The notes under the pieces are model-generated. The model made no database searches and had not been told where the DNA came from. It worked only from the letters and a program-made list of their open reading frames with translations. Position numbers and translations under genes: made by a program. Below, piece by piece: positions 31,401 through 41,850 of a DNA stretch of 63,226 nucleotides (position 1 is the stretch's first letter; every line of letters starts with the position of its first letter). This DNA comes from Macrostomum lignano (lineage: Eukaryota): the NCBI GenBank assembly GCA_002269645.1, contig NIVC01004041.1, forward strand, positions 1 through 63,226, given 5' to 3'.

Positions 31401-34400
31401 AAACTCTCTGATCTACGAGTATGCCGCTAACAAAAACCATATAATCAAGGCCACCAATAATAACTCTAATGAATGCCGCCATGAAATTAGCAACCTGTAT
31501 TATTGCAAATTTATAACTCACCCCGTCAGTAATGATACTCTTCATGGCATGTTCCATCTTCTTGAACAGGCGATAATTCTGCAGGATGTCAATGATGCCC
31601 ATGTATAGGAATAGGCGCTCGCCTTTGGCGTTTCTAGCTGGAATGCCGCCAACCCTGAAAGCAATAGCGATAAAACTATTGTTACAAAGTGATTATCCCA
31701 TATGTGACATGAAAATATACCTAACTGAGGATCAAATTAACAGTCAGTGGAAAATCCCATCACAATGGAAAATACCGTCACAATGGAAAATATCATCACA
31801 ATGGAAAATCCTATCACAATGGTAAATACCATCACACTAAAATCCAATCAAAACGAAAAATCCCATCATACGAGCTAATGAGAAATCCCACTATAATGAA
31901 AAATCCCACCATAATGAGAAATCCCACCATAATGAGAAATCCCACCATAATGAGAAATCCCATCATAATGAGAAATCCCATCATAATGAGAAATCTCATC
32001 ATAATGAGAAATCTCATCATAATGAGAAATCCCATCAAAACGAAAAATCCCATCACAATGAAAATCCCTTCATAATGAACAATGCCTCACGGAGTAATGT
32101 CCATCTCGTCAGAGTGCAAATCGATGGGCGCCGTGTTCTCAGCATTGATTGACTCAATCGGCGTATTGAACACGGAAATCTTCTTTAGACTCCAGCCTCG
32201 TTGAAGGCCTTCAACGCTGCCGCCGCGGCCAGCGCGTCGCTGCTGCTGCTGATTGCCGTCGGATTCATCGAAGCTGGCGGAGGCGGCCGCTGCAGAGGCG
32301 GTCAGTGCCGATGCGGATGTTGCTGCGCCTGCGCCGGAAGTTGACGGCGCGCCGCCTGCGAAGCCAACTGTTGCAGCGGCGCCAACGGAGCTGGTGGGTC
32401 GCTGACGCTCCTGTTGATGATTTGGCGACCCATTTTAAAGTACATCACTATTGGTGAAAGTGGAAAATCTTAAGGTAGGGAAATCCCATGGTTAGCCCAG
32501 GTGTGCCAGCGACCCAGGCTCGATTCCAAGTGCAGTCACAGTTTATTGGGAAATCCCAGGGTAGCTTATTGGGAAATCCCAGGGTAGCTTATTGGGAAAT
32601 CCCAGAGTTGTTTATAGGGAAATCTTAGGGTTGATTTTGGGAAATCCAAGGGTTGTTTATAGGGAAATCTCAGGGTAGTTTATTGGGAAATCCCGGGGTA
32701 TTTCGTGGGAAATCCCGTGTATTTTATTAGGAAATCCTGGTTATTTTTTGGGAAATCTCAGGGTAGTTTATTGGGAAATTCCGGGGTATTTTTGGGAAAT
32801 AATGGGTATTTTATTGACAAATCCCGGGGTTGTTTAGAGGAAAACCCCGGAGCTATTTATAGGGAAATCTCAGGTAGCTTGTTGGGAAAATCCAGGGTAG
32901 TTTAGTGGAAAATCCTGGGGTTTTTTCATTAGAAATCCCAAAGTAAATTGATGGGAACTCTCATAAAAACTAAAAAGATGGGAGAGGTTTTAAATCATAA
33001 GTCATAACTCAAATCAATAGCTCACCCTTTCTCGAAGAGTCTGATCTAAATTATAAATGCCCAACAGTAGCGAGTAGTCCATAATTCGAAACGATTCAAG
33101 TACCAGACAGTCTCGACTAATGCATTCGATTAGGCTGGTGTAGATGTCTGCCTCAAGCGACAGGCCCGTCTCGTGTAGTGCTCTGCGGACAATGCGGATG
33201 AGACTTAGGGAATGGAGTGCTTAAATGTATGGAGTGCTCTAATGGATGGAGTGCTCAAATGGATGGAGTGCTCAAATGGATGGAGTACTCAAATGGATAG
33301 AGTGCTCAAATGGATGGAGTGTTCTAATGTATGTAGTACTCTAATGTATGGAGTGCTCAAATGTATGGAGTGCTCAAATGGATGGAGTGCTCAGATGGAT
33401 GGAGTGCTCAAATGGATGGAGTGCTCAAATGTATGGAGTGCTCAAATGGATGGAGTGCTCAAATGGATGGAGTGCTCAAATGGATGGAGTGCTCAAATGT
33501 ATGGAGTGCTCAAATGGATGGAGTGCTCAAATGGATGGAGTGCTCAAATGGATGGAGTGCTCAAATGGATGGAGTGCTCAAATAGATGGAGTGCTCAAAT
33601 AGATGGAGTGCTCAAATGGATGGAGTGCTCAAATGGATGGAGTGCTCAAATGGATGGAGTGCTCAAATGGATGGAGTGCTCAAATGGATGGAGTGCTCAG
33701 ATGGATGGAGTGCTCAAATAGATGGAGTGCTGAAATGGATGGAGTGCTCAAATGTATGGACTTCTCAAATGGATGGAGTGCTCTAATATATGGCTCATGG
33801 AGAGCTCAAACAGAAGAACTGTCTTTAGGACACAGTTTCATATTGAATATTATAAATAATAATCTTGCTCACTTAAAATCCAAATCTTTAAACGTAGGCG
33901 AAGATTTCGCTCGCTCGGCATTGCTTGCCTGGCGCTTATAAGTGGAGCCTTTCAGGTCGTACTTCTCCGTTAGCCGTATAGTAGAGGGCAGCAGGTTGTT
34001 CATCACTACGAAGCGAATGTTTTTACTGCCGCACTGTTCGGGATAGTTAGATAGATATTGATTTTAATAGTATATTATGTATGTTCAGTCCGAACAGACT
34101 ACTCACTGAATAAATTAAACAGTAATATAAGTAGCGTTTCATCTTCTGACAATGTAAGACACAAGGTGAAAACGAATCTGTTCAGACACTCTACAAAGAT
34201 TAATAACGATGCGTACACAAACTGCATTCTGCGTAAGCACCTCCCGCAGGGTCCCAGTGAGCTTAGTACTTTAATACTGCTTTAAGTCCCAATAAAATCT
34301 TCGACCGACTGGAGTGTATTTGGGAAATAAGGAATTCTGTTTGATCCTTTCTTAACCGTCTGCTTGTAACTCGCTTGCTATTTTTGTCTGTTTTAGTGTC

Positions 34401-37400
34401 TGCCGGTCTGGTTTAGTGTCTGCCGGTCTGTTTTAGTGTCTGCCGGTCTGGTTTAGTGTCTGCCGGTCTGGTTTAGTGTCTGCCTGTCTGGTTTAGTGTC
34501 TGTCGGTCTGTTATAGTGTCTGCCTGTCTGGTTTAGTGTCTGCCTGTCTGGTTTAGTGTCTGCCTGTCTGGTTTAGTGTCTGCCGGTCTGTTATAGCGTC
34601 TGCCGGTCTGGTTTAGTGTCTGCCTGTCTGGTTTAGTGTCTGCCGGTCTGGTTTAGTGTCTGCCTGTCTGGTTTAGTGTCTGCCTGTCTGGTTTAGTGTC
34701 TGCCGGTCTGGTTTAGTGTCTGCCGGTCTGGTTTAGTGTCTGCCGGTCTGGTTTAGTGTCTGCCTGTCTGGTTTAGTGTCTGCCTGTCTGGTTTAGTGTC
34801 TGCCGGTCTGGTTTAGTGTCTGCCTGTCTGGTTTAGTGTCTGTCGGTCTGTTATAGTGTCTGCCGGTCTGGTTTAGTGTCTGCCTGTCTGGTTTAGTGTC
34901 TGCCTGCCTGTTTTAGTGTCTGCCGGTCTGGTTTAGACTCTGCCTGTCTGTTTTAGTGGCTGCCTGTCTGGTTTAGTGTCTGCCTGTCTGGTTTAGTGTC
35001 TGCCTGCCTGTTTTAGTGTCTGCCGGTCTGGTTTAGACTCTGCCTGTCTGTTTTAGTGGCTGCCTGCCTGTTTTAGTGTCTGCCGGTCTGGTTTAGTGTC
35101 TGCCGGTCTGTTTTAGTGTCTGCCTGCCTGTTTTAGTGTCTGCCGGTTTGGTTTAGACTCTGCCTGTCTGTTTTAGTGGCTGCCTGTCTGGTTTAGTGTC
35201 TGCCTGTCTGGTTTAGTGTCTGCCTGTCTGGTTTAGTGTCTGCCGGTCTGGTTTAGTGTCTGCCTGTCTGGTTTAGTGTCTGCCTGTCTGGTTTAGTGTC
35301 TGCCGGTCTGTTATAGCGTCTGCCGGTCTGGTTTAGTGTCTGCCTGTCTGGTTTAGTGTCTGCCGGTCTGGTTTAGTGTCTGCCTGTCTGGTTTAGTGTC
35401 TGCCTGTCTGGTTTAGTGTCTGCCGGTCTGGTTTAGTGTCTGCCGGTCTGGATTAGTGTCTGCCGGTCTGGTTTAGTGTCTGCCTGTCTGGTTTAGTGTC
35501 TGCCTGTCTGGTTTAGTGTCTGCCGGTCTGGTTTAGTGTCTGCCTGCCTGTTTTAGTGTCTGCCTGTCTGGTTTAGTGTCTGTCGGTCTGTTATAGTGTC
35601 TGCCGGTCTGGTTTAGTGTCTGCCTGTCTGGTTTAGTGTCTGCCTGTCTGGTTTAGTGTCTGCCGGTCTGGTTTAGTGTCTGCCGGTCTGGTTTAGTGTC
35701 TGCCTGTCTGGTTTAGTGTCTGCCTGTCTGGTTTAGTGTCTGCCGGTCTGGTTTAGTGTCTGCCTGCCTGTTTTAGTGTCTGCCGGTCTGGTTTAGACTC
35801 TGCCTGTCTGTTTTAGTGTCTGCCGGTCTGGTTTAGACTCTGCCTGTCTGTTTTAGTGTCTGCCGGTCTGGTTTAGTGTCTGCCGGTCTGGTTTAGTGTC
35901 TGCCTACCTGTCTGTCTGCCTATCTGTCTGTCTGTCTACTTGTTTGTTTTAGTATCTGTTTATCTGTCTGTCCATCTGTCTTAATCACTCAAAAGCACAC
36001 ATTTTCCCCAAGACCCTTCTCTCACAATCTGCTGGGCAAAAATATTTAATTAAAATTTTCCGCCTCAAGAAGACTAATTATATTTACTCGAATAGAGGAA
36101 GCTGCAAAAAAGTTAAATACAATTTTATACCCGCCTCTATTAATCAGTCTTCTGCAAAGAAACACTGAATCAAGTCCATCATTGAGCAGAAAGCCCATAT
36201 TTCTAAGAAATTCAAGCCAGAGTAAGCTGCGCAAAACTGCTTGTGCAACACGCAAAAGCAGCAACAGGAAAAAATTGCCTATCCAACCCGCTCGTACTGG
36301 TTTTGTTGCAAGCAAGCAAAAAGGCAACACACCCGAAGGAATGTACGGAGAAGTTTATTGCGAATTAATTTGATGACTACATAGTAAAAGCACTGCAGGA
36401 TATTATTTAACTATTCGAAAAATATCATTACGTCGGATCTGCTTCTTTTTTAGACTAGTCTAGAATCTAGATTGCATGACCACCTCAAGGCTTCGGTCTT
36501 CTTCTAACTAATGGCCATAGAATAGCAATTGATTGTAAATGCCATTCAACCACTGTTTTAGTAGGCATCAACTACAGTGACTCAAGACTGTCTAATCAAA
36601 CAAACAATATGATCACAATCATTATGACCATTTACCATATGACACTAAAGATCCTGACCAGAAGCATATAACTTTTAAGGTAAAACTAAGACTTTAATCT
36701 AAATGGCGCATAATATTTATGACCATTAACAATATGACCGACCCTACAGACTATGACCATCACCCATATGACACTTACAAACAGACTATGACCATTTAGC
36801 ATATGACCCTAACAATCAGACTATGACCGTACCCTATATGACCCTAACAAGCAGACTATGACCATTATCCATATGACCCTAACAAGCAGACTATGACCAG
36901 TATCCATATGACCCAAACAGACTATGACCATTTTGCATATGGCCCTAACAAGCAGACTATGACCATTACCGATATGACCCAAACAAGCAGACTATGACCA
37001 TTACCTATATGACCCTAAGAAACAGACTATGACCATCACCCATATGACCCTAACAACCAGACTATGACTATTATCCACATGACCACATGACCCAAACAGA
37101 CTATGACCATTTCGCATATGACCCAAACAAGCAGACTATGACCATTATCCATATGACCCTAACAAGCAGACTATGACCATTATCCATATGACCCAAACAG
37201 ACTATGACCATTATCCATATGACCCTAACAAGCAGACTATGACCATACCCCATATGACCCAAACAGACTATGACCATGAAAAAGTAAACCTATCAATTAC
37301 CGAAGAACACGCACCTGATAGCAGTACAGACCATAGAACTTGGGCAGCAGAGTTCGGGGGTTCTGAGTCAGGGTCAAATAGTACTGCAGTAGCAATCGCT

Positions 37401-39670
37401 GCAGGTACTTGGCTTCCTTGTGCTGCACAGTTTTAATAATGAAATTATCATCCGCAGTGCGATAAAAGATGGAGCCGGAGGCGCCTGGATTTGATAATTC
37501 TTCCAATTCTTCGCCGCAAATGGATGCCAAAAATTGCGATATGTCAATATTGTACAGCTTGCGAAAGTGCCTGAACGCCAGTGGGGCGTACGTTTTGAAT
37601 GTGAAGCTGCTCATGGTGTGCGCCATGGTGAGCTTGCCGCCCTCTCTGCGGGTGGGCGAGCAGCAAAAGTACATTTGGTTAGATTGTAGTGAGTATAGCA
37701 CAGACAGACCGACACTAGGACAAACAGACATAGAGACAGACAGACACTAAGAAAGACACAGATCGCCAGACACTAAAAGAAACACATACAGATAGCCAGA
37801 CACTAGGACTAAAGCAGACACATACAGATAGCCAGAAACTAACAGAAACACATACAGATAGCCAGACACAAACAGTACAGACAGACACAGATAGCCAGAC
37901 ACAAACAGACACATACAGATAGCCAGACACAAACAGAGACACATACAAATAGCCAGACACTAACAGTACAGACAGACACAGATAGCCAGACACAAACAGA
38001 CACATACAGATAGCCAGACACAAACAGAGACACATACAAATAGCCAGACACTAACAGTACAGACAGAAACAGATAGCCAGACACAAACAGAGACACATAC
38101 AAATAACCAGACACTAACAGTACAGACAGACACAGATAGCCAGACACAAACAGAGACACATACAAATAGCCAGACACTAACAGTACAGACAGACACAGAT
38201 AGGCACACTAAGACTAAGGCAGACACAGAGATACAAGCACAACAAACAAATCACGCACAGCAGAGGCCGCTCACCTGGGAAAATCCACAATCTCACAAAC
38301 GCCAAAGTCCTGAGTCAGCAGGTCCCTACTGGGCTTTTGCGCCTCGTTGCCGACAGAATTCTGTATGCCCAGCTGGATCGCTCGCATGATCTCGTTGGTT
38401 GGTCTCTGCCAGTGTTAATTGTGGCCGGCTTTGATGTCCAATCCAATTTAGTCTTGAAATAGCTGAATCAGATAACTTTGATTTATTCTTAAATCCTAAG
38501 TTTTAAACTTTTAGTTTCGTTTGAAATAACACAACCTAAATCTTTGTTGTTTTCAAGATTCCAAATCCCAGTGTCTTCACAATTCACAAATCCCCAAATC
38601 CGTGTCTTCCTAAGTCCTCAAATCCCAGTGTCTTCCCAAATCCCCAAATCCCAGTGTCTTCACAAATCCCCAAATCCGTGTCTTCCTAAGTCCTCAAATC
38701 CCAGTGTCTTCCCAAATCCCCAAATCCCAGTGTCTTCCCAAATCCCCAAATCCCAGTGTCTTCACAAATCCCCAAATCCACGTGTCTTCCCAAAACATCA
38801 CATCTCAGTCTCTTCCCAAATCTCCAAATCCCAGTCTCTTCCCAAATCTTCAAATCCCAGTCTCTTCCCAAATCTTCAAATCCCAGTCTCTTCCCAAATC
38901 TTCAAATCCCAGTCTCTTCCCAAATCTTCAAATCCCAGTCTCTTCCCAAATCTTCAAATCCCAGTCTCTTCCCAAATCTTCAAATCCCAGTCTCTTCCCA
39001 AATCTTCAAATCCCAGTCTCTTCCCAAATCTCCAAATCCCAGTCTCTTCCCAAATCTCCAAATCCCAGTTTCTTCCCAAATCTCCAAATCCCAGTCTCTT
39101 CCCAAATCTCCAAATCCCAGTGTCTTGCAATCCCCAAATCCCTGATTCCCTGTGTCCTCCCAAATCACAAGTTTCTTTCCAAATCCCCAAATCCCGGTTT
39201 CTTCCCAAATCCTTAAATCCTGGCTTCTTCCGAAATCCCTAAATCTCAGTTTCTTTTAAATCCCTAAATCCCTAACTCTTAAGTTTTTTCCCCCAAATCT
39301 CCTAATTTCTTTAAAAGTCCCAATAACCAGTTGTTTTCTTCAGAATTACATCAAACAAGCAGTTTCTTTTTGAATCAACACGAGACAAAGCTTCGCTTAC
39401 CTTCTTATAGGTCACCTGACCCTCATCGTCGACGCGTCGGTGGCCGAGTTTTTGCTTTTCCCGACGACTTAAATTAGCGGCGGCGGCAGCTGCAGCGAAG
39501 GAACCGGAAGCGGAAGCAGCTGTTGCCGATTGTAAGAAGTTCGCACCGGCAGCCGGTGGCAGCACCGAGGGATTGGAGGCTGCTGCCCCAGCAGCTGCAG
39601 AGGAATTACTGGGTCCACCAGCCGCTGCACCGCCGCCACCGCGACTTTGGGCGCCAGCGCCCTGCAGCAT
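22714..39670 (-). CDS. PIP5K1: Phosphatidylinositol-4-phosphate 5-kinase type I; 12 coding exons
   Basis: Exons: 39401-39670 (..[17 protein letters not shown]), 38275-38405 ([14 protein letters not shown]), 37315-37645 ([38 protein letters not shown]), 33873-34033 ([26 protein letters not shown]), 33026-33182 ([19 protein letters not shown]), 32091-32410, 31522-31654 ([26 protein letters not shown]), 30103-30190 ([15 protein letters not shown]), 28983-29042, 27125-27268, 26072-26215, 22714-22772 (stop). All GT-AG and phase-consistent; the last four exons are less certain. The activation loop is type I-like. Confidence 0.95.
22901..23200. repeat. 46-bp minisatellite x6.5
   Basis: gtgggtgaggactggctatgcggcgagtgtacattggcttggggtg, nearly identical copies, no spacers. 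Confidence 0.96.
23720..24350. repeat. ~38-bp repeat x~17, units carrying CCAAT and GGGCGG-like words
   Basis: Consensus ccgaccaataggaatgaaggatgggcggggtgggtgt. Confidence 0.92.
25125..25945. repeat. 14/16-bp purine-rich minisatellite (gggagacaggag[ag]aa)
   Basis: Direct reading. Confidence 0.95.
26255..26405. repeat. 22-bp repeat (ggggacagggggatagaatgaa)
   Basis: About 5-6 copies. Confidence 0.85.
26442..27110. repeat. 32-bp minisatellite (agagagtcagacacaggagaactggacacaga)
   Basis: About 20 copies; fills the intron between exons 27125 and 26215. Confidence 0.96.
28163..28497. repeat. (TGTC)n microsatellite with gtagggatgtatgt inserts
   Basis: Direct reading. Confidence 0.93.
29240..29735. 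repeat. 28-bp minisatellite (gggaggctggcccagcaactgaggatct)
   Basis: About 17 copies. Confidence 0.95.
30325..30535. repeat. Degenerate ~30-bp repeat (tttgatctatgccgccaataa); related copies resume at ~31380-31690
   Basis: The atgccgcc(a/t)a core is repeated on both sides of an unrelated ~830-bp segment. Confidence 0.75.
30548..31375. mobile_element. Possible solo-LTR-like or other insertion in PIP5K intron 7
   Basis: GC-richer unique sequence that interrupts a repeat family; starts TG, has tataaata at ~30833, an internal ~30-bp repeat (30645-30812) and a donor-like aag|gtaag at ~31356. No TSD found. Confidence 0.25.
31745..32075. repeat. 18-bp repeat (atcccaccataatgagaa)
   Basis: Direct reading. 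Confidence 0.9.
32480..32960. repeat. Degenerate ~23-bp repeat (gggaaatcccagggtagcttatt)
   Basis: About 19 imperfect copies. Confidence 0.85.
33211..33785. repeat. 17-bp minisatellite (tggagtgctcaaatgga)
   Basis: About 33 copies. Confidence 0.96.
34385..35935. repeat. 20-bp minisatellite (ggtttagtgtctgccggtct), ~1.5 kb
   Basis: About 75 copies, decaying into (TGTC)n at the right end. Confidence 0.97.
36620..37280. repeat. ~35-bp repeat (cagactatgaccattatccatatgaccctaacaag)
   Basis: About 17 imperfect copies. Confidence 0.9.
37700..38240. repeat. GACA-derived ~28-bp compound repeat (gacacatacagatagccagacacaaaca)
   Basis: Direct reading; fills PIP5K intron 2. Confidence 0.9.
38555..39300. 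repeat. 26-bp minisatellite (cccaaatctccaaatcccagtctctt)
   Basis: Direct reading; fills PIP5K intron 1. Confidence 0.93.
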
Positions 39671-40814
39671 GACTTGTTATTATTGCAAATAAAAACCAAT
39701 TGTTGACTTGAGAAATAGGAGGGAATGTTAGGCTTGAAAAAAGATGGAAACTTAGATAAAAATACTAATTAGACTAGACTAGAAAATATTTATTGGAATT
39801 GGACTCAAAGATAGTGCAGGGTGAAGTTAAAATTGTATGCAATGAAGTAGAGGCAACAGGAAAAGTCCGGTTGACACATTTGTACTTTTAAAGGCTGGTT
39901 CAGTTGTGGCATGCATAAAATGGAAGCTTTATAATAGTTTTAACCTTGACATGGTAGCATTTTTAAATATTTAATAACAAAACTATTGGGTTTCTATGGC
40001 AAAATTGAAATATATATTCACAAATTTGTTTTTCAATTCAGATACCAACTTTTAAGCATTAGAATTTCAGTGCCATTTTAAACAAATCGAAGATGTCAAA
40101 TAAAATACTGTTGCCAACTAGCATTAGTCAAAAAGTAAAAATTAAACAATATACCAACATCTTTTCAGTAGATACTCCATCTAATAAGCTTAAGTTTATG
40201 TAATAATTGTCCCTAATTATCCTCTTGCTTGTTTTCTCCTATCCCAGGTCCAATTTTTTGTCACTTTTTTATCCAAATCCAGCTTGCTAATATCACTGTG
40301 AGCAGAATGACATATCTATATATAAATATAAAAATATATATATAAATATATAAAAAAATTAATAAAATATAATAGTGCTTCATAACTTTGTGTAACTATA
40401 AGTTGTAAAGGAGAAATAGACAAGACTTATTTCGTTATAATATACATGTAAATTTCAAATGTAACAATGTAAAAAAAATCCATCATTGTCATTAATATAA
40501 AAAGGTAAAGTAACATAATTGTGAAATTTTGGTATATATGATAATCACATTTCTAATTTTTGGTATACTTAGTAGACTATACCTAAAATTTACCTAAAAA
40601 AACTTTGGCATATACTAGACACCAGAAATCCTCTAGTTTTGCATGTTTAATTATTTTTCAAAAAATATTGACTTTGTTAGTTACCGCAAATAAATATTTA
40701 AACTTGTGCAAGTATAAGATGTGGCAGTTATGTGGCAGACATCGATTTTATGTCTATGATCACTAGTTTGAGATAGCTAAAGGCATGCTTGGGTGCAACC
40801 TAAGAATTCACCCA

Positions 40815-40928
40815 GCCATTTCTATTGGCAACACACACATGTAAGTTGCTTTTGGATAGAATAGTAGTCACGTGACTGCTTTCAGCCAATAGCATTAACA
40901 ATTTACATGTGTTGCCAATAGAAATGGC
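40815..40928. repeat. Inverted repeat (26-nt arms) centred on palindrome AGTCACGTGACT
   Basis: 40815-40844 is the reverse complement of 40903-40928 apart from one 4-nt indel; its centre coincides with the palindrome at 40866-40877. Confidence 0.85.
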
Positions 40929-41189
40929 CAAATGATTCTCAAGGTTATGCATATATGGCTAAAGGCTGTCTATGGCCTTTAGTAAATGTCTAAGGCAAAA
41001 CCCTGCAATAGCTCCCTGTTTTTTAAAAGGGACTAAGCTAGGAAAGACTGGGATTCTGAGAGATTTCTTGCCTTGCTTTTTTCTTATATCTTAGGCAACA
41101 CAACAAAGCATAATTCTAATTGTGGATGTTCAACCTGCAGTAGATCTATGTAACTTCAACCCTATGTCTATGATATGTGAGCTTACTAT

Positions 41190-41850
41190 AATAAAAGCTA
41201 TCAATGAAGCAATGGTCCATTGGCTGGCCATGTACCACTTGCTGGTCAATCAATGTTAATGTGGCACTTGTCCTAGGCAGCCAGCTATGCATTTGCAGAA
41301 ATGGCAAGGTGGACACTTTGTCAATGACTGCTGCTAAGCATGTCCACAATGTTGGACTCAGGCCTCAATCCAAAAGGGCTCCTTTTTTGAGGCTAGCCAT
41401 CTACCCTTGACCCAGATAATTGACATAATGTACTGGTGGGCAGTGCAGGCCAAGCAGGAAGATGCCCGACAACAGTGTAGAAACATTGCCATCTAGACCA
41501 TTGTGGATAGGCAAAACTTTATCTGCAACATCAGTAGCCAATACTTGCAAGACTATCCACTGCAGCTGGGAAGACCTAGTGTCAATGTTGAAATCGACAA
41601 AAGCTATTTCTTTCACTGTAAATACCATCAAGGCCAGTATCAGCCAGGCCAATAGGTTTTAAATATGGTTGAATAAGGCTTGAACCATTGCATAGTGGCC
41701 ATACTAGATTGCAGTGCAGCCAGTATCCTGCCCCTAGTGCAACAGTATGTATTGCCATGCATGACACATTTAAGTCCCTATTTGATAACCCACCTAGATG
41801 GTACTGTAGATTCTATGGTACCATTGCTACCTGCGCAACATCTTCAACAA
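41190..41850 (+). mobile_element. Degenerate Merlin / ISXO2-like (IS1595-family DDE) transposase relic
   Basis: One frame from 41341: CPQCWTQASIQKGSFFEASHLPLTQIIDIMYWW..TIVDRQNFICNI..LQLGRPSVNVEIDKSYFFHCKYHQGQ..Q*VLNMVE*G..DCSAASILPLVQQYVLP. Matches the family pattern SIRKGSFF..IGGPG..VEIDES.F..RKY.RGR..WVFG.VER..DRSA.TL.P.I. Three in-frame stops. Confidence 0.8.
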
